Assembly (NCBI GenBank): GCA_049287205.1
Contig: JBAQFJ010000001.1
Span: 383,041-447,040 of the forward strand
Reading direction: 5' to 3'
Origin: Microgenomates group bacterium
GTDB taxonomy: Bacteria > Patescibacteriota > Microgenomatia > UBA10105 > UBA927
DNA length: 64,000 nt
The first letter of the stretch is position 1. Each line of letters begins with the position of its first letter. Of the stretch, positions 8,750 through 17,258 are shown piece by piece. The notes beneath the pieces were generated by a model. That model was given only the letters and a program-made list of their open reading frames with translations, was not told the origin of the DNA and made no database searches. Both the position numbers and the translations under genes were made by a program.

Positions 8750-8950
8750 ATGAAATCAAAAACAAAACGATTATATCGTCCAAATACAGGCCGAGTACTT
8801 TCCGGTCTCCTTGCAGGTGTTGGAGAATATTTTGATACAGATCCTGTTGTGATCCGCTTGATTTTTATTCTTGCAACTGCATTTACCGGATTTGGACCAG
8901 GACTTGTTGCATATATTATCGGAAGTATTGTTGTTCCGAGTGAAGCGTAA
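8750..8950 (+). CDS. PspC-domain membrane protein (66 aa)
   Basis: KRLYRPNTGRVLSGLLAGVGEYFDTDPVVIRLIFIL is the PspC-domain signature. The ATG lies 3 nt after the tRNA-Gly 3' end. The upstream part of the track ORF is the tRNA itself. Confidence 0.6.
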   Translation: MKSKTKRLYRPNTGRVLSGLLAGVGEYFDTDPVVIRLIFILATAFTGFGPGLVAYIIGSIVVPSEA

Positions 8951-8956
8951 AACATT

Positions 8957-9026
8957 GCCGGGTGGTGTAGTGGTAACACGTCTGCCTTTGGAGCAGAAGT
9001 TCCTAGGTCCGATCCCTAGCCCGGCA
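8957..9026 (+). tRNA. tRNA-Gln (anticodon TTG)
   Basis: GCCGGGTGGTGTAGTGGTAACACGTCTGCCTTTGGAGCAGAAG...GGTCCGATCCCTAGCCCGGCA; anticodon loop CTTTGGA. Confidence 0.8.
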
Positions 9027-9031
9027 GCAAA

Positions 9032-11023
9032 TTATCGTCCCCGCGTCCTACTGTAAGAAATACACGCTTTTTGCACTTCTGACAAAAACATAACCAGCTT
9101 TTCATTGTCTTTTGCAAGCGCTTCATTGATATGATTTTGCTTCAAATACTGACTCATTTCTTTTGCAAGAAATCGTATATCGCGTGGCCGCATTGGGCGA
9201 TACGATTCTAGATATATATATGACAAATACGGTAATGTCTTAATGAGTTGATTGATTGTATTTTCATCCAAATGTTCTTGCAACGTTTCAAAATCTACCC
9301 GCCGGAGTATGTTTTCTAAATTTGTTCCTTTCATTCGTATCTTTTCAATGTGTTCACCGATATTTTTAGCCTGTCGTATGTGATAAAAAACATCAGCGAC
9401 TTTATCGTCACCAACAAAATGGTATCTGATTACTTTGTCGATATCGCCTTCTGCTTTTACGTAAAATAACGTTTTTTTGAACTTATTTTTTAGCGCGTCT
9501 ATTGTATCAAGGGTGACGGTATCACGATTTTTGATAAACTCTGCAAATAATTCGTTCTCTGTCATGCCTCCGGGTTCTCGTTTTAATATGGAAAATACAA
9601 TATCCGTTTCATTAGCTTTTACGCCTTTAATACTATTTGGACGTTCTTTGATTGATGAATCGTCAAATAATTTTGTGAGTAATTGATCAAGATTGTTTGG
9701 GTCGATACTTTTGTCGGATTCAGCGATCACCTCTCCAAAACCTTGAAGAAACATCTTGATGCCATTATCTAGATGATATACGCTTCGACTTTTAAATATA
9801 TCATACGATTCTTTAACGGTATCCATCGAGCGAAATTGTTTTTCCACAAGGATTTTTCCTTCACTTAGATACATAAGTGAATTTGATGTATGGAATTTTT
9901 TCCACTCGTCGTGAGTGAAATCCGCAAGTCCAGGCACCAAGTCGGCAATTTTTGTGTCCTGTAAAAAACGGGCAAGTTCACGCGGATTTCGGGACATTGC
10001 GATAAGTAATTCTATTTTTAATAATTTGTATGCTTCATTTGAAAGGTGACCTCCACTAGATGTGAAGTCACGAACTATTTGTCTCAGTTTAAATAAATCT
10101 TCAGTGTACAGTAACTGTGTGAGTTGCTGTAATGTTGTATCCGTGAATGTCTCTGGCGCGTGGATGAGGTGAATACGTAATGCTCGATTTGCCAGTTCAA
10201 CAATTCCAGGCATTTTTTCATGGAAGATGTGTTCTTTTCCAACAAGATTATATCCGGTGTTTTCGTCAAATGTAAACATCAGCCGCCCGTTGTCGTTGAG
10301 TGAAAGCGGTATACGAATATTTTGCCCGTCGATTGTTGGGCCACCCTGTCTTTTTTGGTCTTCCGTTTCTTTTGCAGTTTGAGGAAATGCACTGATATCG
10401 ATATGAAAAAGTCGTTCTTCTGAATTATGGAAACCAATAACGATATTACTTTTTACAGGATTCGTTCCGATCGGTCCAAATCGTATTTTCATTGATAATG
10501 AATCGGATAGTTCAAGTGTTAGATAATGTGCGTAAAATGAAACATTCTTTTCCGTTGAATACTCTTTTATTACTGACTCCGATGTGTTTAAAAGGTTTTT
10601 TTTGAGATATTCATAAAGATGCGGTAATGACCCTTTTTCAGTAAAGCGAAAGCTCATATCAATATCTTGATCGGCTTTCGTTATGTTAGACAGTACTGCA
10701 ATATTTTTAGAATCAAGGGGCAGCATTTTTTGTACAGCAGCAGCATCTTCACGAATAATCCAATTATCTTCCGGATCTCCATTGCCAACTAGGTATCTCG
10801 CGAGACTTCCAGTTAGCGTTATTCCATCACTTTTTTGTGTATCCTCATATCGGCCAAGAAGTGAGAGCGTTGTATCAATACGGGAAAATAATTCTTTGGT
10901 GTATATCGGATTTTTTGCAAGTTCCATGAAAAATGGTATGTAATCCCCTACATATCCCGTCTGTATTGGTTCGTGTTCTTTTCCAAATGTCACACCTGCT
11001 GGTTGTGCCTCGAGTGCTGTCAT
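9032..11023 (-). CDS. large hypothetical protein (663 aa), no recognisable domain
   Basis: Uninterrupted 663-aa ORF. Seven nucleotides downstream of the regulator gene on the same strand, so likely co-transcribed. No Walker or catalytic motif recognised by eye. Confidence 0.6.
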   Translation of the reverse strand: MTALEAQPAGVTFGKEHEPIQTGYVGDYIPFFMELAKNPIYTKELFSRIDTTLSLLGRYEDTQKSDGITLTGSLARYLVGNGDPEDNWIIREDAAAVQKMLPLDSKNIAVLSNITKADQDIDMSFRFTEKGSLPHLYEYLKKNLLNTSESVIKEYSTEKNVSFYAHYLTLELSDSLSMKIRFGPIGTNPVKSNIVIGFHNSEERLFHIDISAFPQTAKETEDQKRQGGPTIDGQNIRIPLSLNDNGRLMFTFDENTGYNLVGKEHIFHEKMPGIVELANRALRIHLIHAPETFTDTTLQQLTQLLYTEDLFKLRQIVRDFTSSGGHLSNEAYKLLKIELLIAMSRNPRELARFLQDTKIADLVPGLADFTHDEWKKFHTSNSLMYLSEGKILVEKQFRSMDTVKESYDIFKSRSVYHLDNGIKMFLQGFGEVIAESDKSIDPNNLDQLLTKLFDDSSIKERPNSIKGVKANETDIVFSILKREPGGMTENELFAEFIKNRDTVTLDTIDALKNKFKKTLFYVKAEGDIDKVIRYHFVGDDKVADVFYHIRQAKNIGEHIEKIRMKGTNLENILRRVDFETLQEHLDENTINQLIKTLPYLSYIYLESYRPMRPRDIRFLAKEMSQYLKQNHINEALAKDNEKLVMFLSEVQKACISYSRTRGR

Positions 11024-11030
11024 ATGTGTA

Positions 11031-12239
11031 TTATAATTGGATATACATATATCCTTTTCCTCGTATCGATTTTATGGACGCAGGTGGAATTTCAAATTCC
11101 GGTAAACGCTTTCTGACTCTGGCAATAATCTGGTCAATCGCCCAATCTGAATAATTGGCATCGGTGTCCGTTGGCCATATCGCCTGTGCGAGATTCTCCC
11201 GTGAGATAATAACACCAGGTTTTGATACAAGGGTTTTGAGAGCACGCATTTCTTTTCTGGAAAAGAATTTTCCGATAGGTACTTGATTTAGATACACCAT
11301 ATTGTTTTCATATGTCAGTGCATGGTCTGTACCGATACTTGCCAACAGGGGTTTTCGTAAGATTGGTACAAGAAGATGATTGTCATCGCTCACAAGATGC
11401 AGTTTCATCAGATGATTGAGGCTATGTTGTTCTTCCGGGCTAAAGGTTTTTCGTCCGGTGAGAATCTTCAAAAGAACACTTCGTTCTGACGGAAGTAATG
11501 ATTGTATGATCATGGTTTTACGGTACAGCATGCCGTCAGTATCTTCATTCCAGTTTTTTTGCACACGCAGTTGTCTGATTGCGTCTTTTATAAACCACCA
11601 TTTTCCGCCGCAGGTTGCTAGCAGATGCTCAATCTGTTTTTGGTTGATATCTACATTCCATTTATCAGCAACGTAATGAATAAAATGTTCCGTGTCTTTT
11701 TTCCCATACAGCGGATAGTAAAAAATACTGTGCAACAGCTGCGGATATTGACGGAATATCATCGCATATTGCGGATGTGTAACATCAATTTCAAAACAAC
11801 ATATGCTGACAATAAACGGGTTATTTTCATACAGTGTTTCATGGAGAGCAGAGAGCAAAAACTTGTTGCTCGCAAGAAGCAGATTGTCTGCGGTGAGTAA
11901 CACTAACACGATCTGTACATTTTTGGTTGCCAAATGCTTCATAACAGCATGAAATGCGTCTTTCTTAGGGATTATTTCTTTCTCAACTAATTTGTTGGTA
12001 ATGTAGTCTGTCAGATCCGTTTTTTCTTCAATATTGAGCAGTTGTGGATCAATTTGTAGAAATACACGATGATACGTGCCTTTTTTATCCTCATCGATGA
12101 ACTGTTCAATTCTTCTAACGCGGTCTGAATAGGGAAAGAAGAGAATAGAAAGATTGTCACCAATTTCTAGCATTGATCGCCAAGCTACTGATGCTTTTTC
12201 GTATTGATTCGTCACAACAGAAGGCGCTAATCCTTGCAT
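11031..12239 (-). CDS. transcriptional regulator: C-terminal OmpR/PhoB-type winged helix fused to an uncharacterised N-terminal domain of about 300 aa (not a receiver domain)
   Basis: The C-terminus RKEMRALKTLVSKPGVIISRENLAQAIWPTDTDANYSDWAIDQIIARVRKRLPEFEIPPASIKSIRGKGYMYI matches the trans_reg_C pattern (L..L......V.SRE.L...W.......R..D..I..LRKKL...I.TVRG.GY). The N-terminal 300 aa lack the REC DD...D...K pattern. Confidence 0.6.
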   Translation of the reverse strand: MQGLAPSVVTNQYEKASVAWRSMLEIGDNLSILFFPYSDRVRRIEQFIDEDKKGTYHRVFLQIDPQLLNIEEKTDLTDYITNKLVEKEIIPKKDAFHAVMKHLATKNVQIVLVLLTADNLLLASNKFLLSALHETLYENNPFIVSICCFEIDVTHPQYAMIFRQYPQLLHSIFYYPLYGKKDTEHFIHYVADKWNVDINQKQIEHLLATCGGKWWFIKDAIRQLRVQKNWNEDTDGMLYRKTMIIQSLLPSERSVLLKILTGRKTFSPEEQHSLNHLMKLHLVSDDNHLLVPILRKPLLASIGTDHALTYENNMVYLNQVPIGKFFSRKEMRALKTLVSKPGVIISRENLAQAIWPTDTDANYSDWAIDQIIARVRKRLPEFEIPPASIKSIRGKGYMYIQL

Positions 12240-12338
12240 ATCAATTGCAGAGTATAGCAGATATCTACTATTTTGACAAATTTCTGTCAGTTATCTCATC
12301 AAGAACTGATATATCACCCTATAGTACGCTCTGAACAC

Positions 12339-12899
12339 ATGCAAACAGTTGTGCGCACCATTGGCAAATTTAGCTTTATTCTACTGAGCATTTTGCTTAT
12401 TACGACTACAAACGTTCGCGCTGCCGCGCGCGATATTACGCCGGAGTCTGTACTTGTTGCTGTGAATCAAACACGTATGGAGAACAGACTACCAGCACTT
12501 TCCATGAATCAAAAGCTTATGATTGCAGCTGAAAATAAGGGGGAAAACATGCAGACCTATGGGTATTGGGCGCATACGAATCCAAAAACAAATGAAACGG
12601 GTTGGATGTTTATTCAACAAACCGGATATCATTATACAAAAGCCGGTGAAAACCTTGCGAAAGACTATACCTCAATTGGAGGCCTTCTAAACGGTTGGAT
12701 GAATTCAACTGCGCACAAAACCGTCATGTTGTCGGATACCTATACAGAAACAGGGATCGGGGTGTTGTATTACATGCAAAACGGTATAGAAAAAGCGCTC
12801 GTTGTGGAATTATTCGCAAATCCTATCGTAAAGAAACAAACGTTTACTACCTCTCTTTCCCTTGCATTTACGAGCCTGCTTCAGACAATTACGCTATAA
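12339..12899 (+). CDS. CAP/SCP/PR-1-like domain secreted protein
   Basis: Signal-peptide-like N-terminus (start at MQTVV), then CAP motifs YGYWAHTNP, GENLA and GWMNSTAHKTVMLSDTYTETGIGV. Confidence 0.65.
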   Translation: MQTVVRTIGKFSFILLSILLITTTNVRAAARDITPESVLVAVNQTRMENRLPALSMNQKLMIAAENKGENMQTYGYWAHTNPKTNETGWMFIQQTGYHYTKAGENLAKDYTSIGGLLNGWMNSTAHKTVMLSDTYTETGIGVLYYMQNGIEKALVVELFANPIVKKQTFTTSLSLAFTSLLQTITL

Positions 12900-12903
12900 G
12901 CGT

Positions 12904-14250
12904 TTATTTGATGCGTGAGATTGCATATGTTGTCGGGTAATAGAGAAATAACGCAGGAAGTTCATCTACAAGTCGGCGTTGGAAGTCTACATATAATTGT
13001 TTTCTTTTTTCCTGGTCTTGTTCGATACGGCCGTCTTCGAGCAGCTTATCTATTTTTGGATTGGAAAGACCAGATATATTTGTATACATTTGTGTAGAGT
13101 GCCAATAGATGTATTGATCCGGATCTGTTGGAATATCCTGCGCCGAAAGCAGAATCTGATACGGGTCGCCGATAGTATTTGCTGTTCGTATGTTAATATT
13201 TAGTCCGAGATCTTGCCATGCTTTAACTAATTGCTGCGCTACTGGCAGATATTGTGAGTATGTTGTGAGCGTCAGTTCTGCCGAAGACGTTCCGATTTTT
13301 GTTGAAGCAAGAAGCTTACTTGCCTGCTTTAGGTCGGTATCATAATGCTTGATATCGTCTGTGTATGCCCATGAGGTTGCTGCAATTGGTGAATAAGCCC
13401 GTGTGTAGCCGAGATCGGGTACCGCATATGCAAGCATTTGCCTGACCTGTTTATCCTTTAGAATCGGGTCTTTCACATTAAAATATAATGTAATAACGCG
13501 GTTTTTATTCACTGTTTTTTGAATAGTCGTGTTTTTCCATTTTTCAAAAGACTGATCTATCTCACTGATTCCAGCTACTTCATCAATCTCTCCGAGTTTA
13601 TACGCGAGAATCGCCTGCGATTCATTTCTATAGAATCGATATTCAATTGCGGGAAGTGCGTCATCTTGAGCTGACGACAGTTTCAGATAGGTAATACGAT
13701 CGCCTTTTAGTCGGATCGTCCGTATACTATAGTCACCAAATCCTGTAAGGTTTTCCATAAATATTGGTTTAGACACAAGTACGGAAAACGGACTAAATGC
13801 GTTCGGAAGTTTTACCTGTATGGTGCTGGCATCAAGTGCGGTAAAAGTGACGTTGTTAATGTTGTAGTTGATGTTTTGTGCTACAACCGGTTTGTTATTG
13901 TGCCAGAGAACATTTGGTTTAAGATGAAACGTGTAGAGCGTTCCGCTGTCCGTTGCCTCCCAAGACGTTGCAAGCGCAGGGATGGCTTTTCCGTCTGATC
14001 CAACGTCAGTTAATCCATAGCTGATTTTTTTTTGTATATCCAAAGGCAGGTTACTTGGTGAATAATCGCCGACGTAGCCAATTCTCCGTATGGGGTTTAA
14101 TTGAGAAACGCGGATAATGGGAAACACTTTCCATAGGAAAAGCATGACAGCAAATCCCAGAAAAATACCGATGATAAGGGATCGTGTATATTTTTTGCTT
14201 AGTTCGCGGGCTGCCCAAAAAAGGAAGCGGCCGCGTCGTAAAAGACTCAT
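12904..14250 (-). CDS. ABC transporter substrate-binding protein, family 5 (OppA/DppA-like), membrane-anchored
   Basis: N-terminal TM anchor plus the length and motif pattern of SBP family 5, by eye. Confidence 0.5.
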   Translation of the reverse strand: MSLLRRGRFLFWAARELSKKYTRSLIIGIFLGFAVMLFLWKVFPIIRVSQLNPIRRIGYVGDYSPSNLPLDIQKKISYGLTDVGSDGKAIPALATSWEATDSGTLYTFHLKPNVLWHNNKPVVAQNINYNINNVTFTALDASTIQVKLPNAFSPFSVLVSKPIFMENLTGFGDYSIRTIRLKGDRITYLKLSSAQDDALPAIEYRFYRNESQAILAYKLGEIDEVAGISEIDQSFEKWKNTTIQKTVNKNRVITLYFNVKDPILKDKQVRQMLAYAVPDLGYTRAYSPIAATSWAYTDDIKHYDTDLKQASKLLASTKIGTSSAELTLTTYSQYLPVAQQLVKAWQDLGLNINIRTANTIGDPYQILLSAQDIPTDPDQYIYWHSTQMYTNISGLSNPKIDKLLEDGRIEQDQEKRKQLYVDFQRRLVDELPALFLYYPTTYAISRIK

Positions 14251-14254
14251 AGAG

Positions 14255-14467
14255 TTATATAACGAGTAAGTTTATGATTGATATAACAAAAAAAATGATG
14301 CCTGTGACAATGGTTGCGGTGAAAATTACTTTTTCTGCACCCCGTTTCGTCCGATACGTATCACTTGATACCCCTGCGGATAATCCACCCTTACCGTTTT
14401 GCAATAATATTAATCCGATTAAAGCAATTGCAATAATGAGTTCAAAAATAAGAAGTGCTGTTTTCAT
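14255..14467 (-). CDS. secG: preprotein translocase subunit SecG
   Basis: 70 aa, two TM helices, LLQNGKGGLSAGVS...RGAEK signature. Confidence 0.7.
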   Translation of the reverse strand: MKTALLIFELIIAIALIGLILLQNGKGGLSAGVSSDTYRTKRGAEKVIFTATIVTGIIFFVISIINLLVI

Positions 14468-15474
14468 ACTGTTTTCTCTAAAATCGATACTAACACACTC
14501 GCCAGTTTCTCGCTATCGTGCCGGATTAAACTTCGAATGAGCACGTCGGATGATGATTTTGTTGTTACAACCGAACTTGCAACATCATCTCGAACAATGG
14601 TATAGGTATTCCCTTTTTCATCAAGATCATCAACGACCGGCAATTCCTGATACTTTGCATACAGATCCAATGCTTCTTTGGGAAGTGTGCTGTTGTTTAC
14701 GACAACGACATTAATTCGTTTGCCAAGATATTCCTCTAAAACCCGCAAATGATCCGCGGCACTAAAATTATACGTTTGACCGTATTTTGTCATTAAATTC
14801 ATAATATACACAACGGTTGCAGACGTTTGTTTGATCGCCTCCGGAATACCCGTAACGAGGAGATTCGGCAGAACGCTTGTATACAGGTCTCCCGGCCCTA
14901 AAATGACACAGTCTGCAGACTGGATAGCGGCAATTGCCTCGGTATTCGCTGTAGCCGGCGGATCTAACGTAAGTTTTGTAATTTTAAGCGACCCTTCGTG
15001 ATCCGGTTCATCAATGACATGTTCTTCATTTAAGGTGGTACCGTCTTCATATGTGGCGGTTAAATTTGTTTTTGTGAATGATACGGGAATGACTGATCCG
15101 TGAATGCGGAGTACTTTTCCGGTCTGTCGAATTGCCTCTTCCTGGCTTCCTAAAATATCAGAAAGTGCCGCCATAAATAAATTACCAAATGTCATGCCGG
15201 AAATGCCTTCTCCTTTTTCAAACCGGTACATGAACAGTTTTCGGAGCAGGCCTTTTTCTTTGTTTTCATCTGAAAGTGCCACAAGACACTGTCTGATATC
15301 TGATGTTGGCAATAATCCGAATTCATCTCGAATACGCTTGTTGCTTCCTCCACTGTCACTCATGGAAACAACAGCGCTTAATTTACAGGGGTGTTGTTTT
15401 AAGCCTTTAAGAACGACAAATGTTCCTGTTCCTCCGCCGATACATACAATTTTGGGCAATGATGCTGTTTTCAT
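14464..15474 (-). CDS. YvcK / UPF0052 (CofD-like) gluconeogenesis-factor family protein
   Basis: IVCIGGGTG, MSDSGGS and GPGDLYTSVLPNLLV motifs. Confidence 0.75.
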   Translation of the reverse strand: MKTASLPKIVCIGGGTGTFVVLKGLKQHPCKLSAVVSMSDSGGSNKRIRDEFGLLPTSDIRQCLVALSDENKEKGLLRKLFMYRFEKGEGISGMTFGNLFMAALSDILGSQEEAIRQTGKVLRIHGSVIPVSFTKTNLTATYEDGTTLNEEHVIDEPDHEGSLKITKLTLDPPATANTEAIAAIQSADCVILGPGDLYTSVLPNLLVTGIPEAIKQTSATVVYIMNLMTKYGQTYNFSAADHLRVLEEYLGKRINVVVVNNSTLPKEALDLYAKYQELPVVDDLDEKGNTYTIVRDDVASSVVTTKSSSDVLIRSLIRHDSEKLASVLVSILEKTV

Positions 15475-15875
15475 GATTCTGTTATGTTTTCAAGAAAATT
15501 TGTAATGGACGTTACACCCACTGCAGTAATGACAAGACAGAGTATATAGGAAAGTTGTGTGCCCGGTATAGCAAATCCCTGCCACGCAATTCCCGGGAAA
15601 TACCACGCGGTCACAGATACATTTGGTGCGAATATCGTCAACAAATAGATGACTGCCACATTTACCACCCAAGAAAGAAGTCCAAATGTCAAAATATTAA
15701 TAGGAATAAAAAGTATTTTAAGAATCGGTTTAATAACCAACATTAACAGCGATAAGATAAAGCCTGACAAAAATACTGTTATCCAACTGCCTTCAATAAC
15801 AAACGCAGGGAATACCTCTTTTGTCAGCCACAGGGCAAACACATAGAACACCCACGTTTTTATGAAGTATTTCAT
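15471..15875 (-). CDS. DUF360-family membrane protein (paralog of 5610..5939)
   Basis: KPILKILFIPINILTFGLLSWVVNVAVIYLL resembles the first DUF360 copy. Confidence 0.55.
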   Translation of the reverse strand: MKYFIKTWVFYVFALWLTKEVFPAFVIEGSWITVFLSGFILSLLMLVIKPILKILFIPINILTFGLLSWVVNVAVIYLLTIFAPNVSVTAWYFPGIAWQGFAIPGTQLSYILCLVITAVGVTSITNFLENITES

Positions 15876-15932
15876 ATATCAATGCTATCAGATTAGATAT
15901 GGAGAATCAATTTTAAAAATATGTAGTCTCCC

Positions 15933-17258
15933 CTATTTAATAAAGTCTTTTGCGCGTTTAAGTTTGTGGTATGTGATGGCAAACCGGTGTGATTCGTCCC
16001 GAATGCGTTCCAGTAATCGGATGGCGGGACGGTCGTTTTGCATGTGTACAAGTGTGAGGATGGTTCGCACCGGTAGAACGAGTGATTCGTACCGTTTTGC
16101 AAGTCCTACAACAGGAAGAGATACGCCCGCAGTTTTTAAAGCAAGCTGTGCAGCCTTGACCTGTCCTTTGCCGCCATCTATCAGTAATACATCGGGATAG
16201 GGCCATTCCGTATGTTTCAACCGTCGTGTAACCACCTGATGTATCATCGCCGTATCATTTTGTCCGGTGCTTCCGCGAATGGCGAACCTGCGATATTGAG
16301 CGCGATCAATGATGCCGTCTACCATGACTACAAGTGATCCCACAGGAAGTGTACCTGACGTATTGGATATATCTATACATTCAATTTTGTGAATTGCTTG
16401 CATGTCCGGGTAGGCTGAAAGCAAAATATTTTGAAGATCATTGGATTCCTGTTCTATCGTTTCTCCGATCGTTACCATGTCATGCATGTAGAGTGATGGA
16501 TCAAAATGTGTCTGCAACAATTGTTTTATGTGTTCTATCCGATCACGGATAACGGCGGCTTGTTCATATTGTTCGTGTTCAGACAGCAATTTCATTTCGG
16601 TTGATAATTCTGAAATAATGGGAAGAATTTTTCCTTTTAAGATCCGTATAACGCGGAAGATGTTTTTCCGATATGTCTGAACGTTATATTTTTGCAGCTG
16701 CGCATCCTGCATTTTTTCAGTTTCTGAAGGACAGGGATTACACAATCCGATGTGTGTATAAAAGCAGCGTTTTCCATTCCGTATTTTTTGTGTACAAAAT
16801 GGAATACATCTCCTGATGGAACGCAGGATTGATCGTGCGACACGCGTTGATTGAAACGGCCCTGCATAAAACACATGTTTATCCACAGTTTCCGGTTTTC
16901 TTGCAAGCGTAATGCGTGGCATTGACTGCAGAGTGGGGATGGCAATATATATAGGACTTTTGTCGTCCTTCGCAATCATATTATATTTTGGCTGAAATTT
17001 TTGAATAAGACTTGCCTCAAGAATAAGTGCGTCAAATTCTGTAATGGTCTTCACGGTTGAGACGGTGGCAATGTGATCAACAAGTTGCTGGGTTTTGGGG
17101 GACAGCGTCTCTCTTTTTTCAAAATATTGTTTGACTCTGCGCTTGAGGTTCACCGCTTTTCCGACATAGATAACAATGCCTGTATTGTCTTTATACAAAT
17201 AGATTCCCGGGGTTGTTGGAAGTTCGGCTATTTTTTTCTTAAAATCCACCATATACAT
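15933..17258 (-). CDS. uvrC: excinuclease ABC subunit C (UvrC), short form without the C-terminal (HhH)2 region
   Basis: GIY-YIG N-terminus (GIYLYKD...VIYVGKAVNLKRRV), UVR motif (EQYEQAAVIRDRIEHI) and the RNase-H-like endonuclease region. It ends after about 441 aa. Confidence 0.8.
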   Translation of the reverse strand: MYMVDFKKKIAELPTTPGIYLYKDNTGIVIYVGKAVNLKRRVKQYFEKRETLSPKTQQLVDHIATVSTVKTITEFDALILEASLIQKFQPKYNMIAKDDKSPIYIAIPTLQSMPRITLARKPETVDKHVFYAGPFQSTRVARSILRSIRRCIPFCTQKIRNGKRCFYTHIGLCNPCPSETEKMQDAQLQKYNVQTYRKNIFRVIRILKGKILPIISELSTEMKLLSEHEQYEQAAVIRDRIEHIKQLLQTHFDPSLYMHDMVTIGETIEQESNDLQNILLSAYPDMQAIHKIECIDISNTSGTLPVGSLVVMVDGIIDRAQYRRFAIRGSTGQNDTAMIHQVVTRRLKHTEWPYPDVLLIDGGKGQVKAAQLALKTAGVSLPVVGLAKRYESLVLPVRTILTLVHMQNDRPAIRLLERIRDESHRFAITYHKLKRAKDFIK

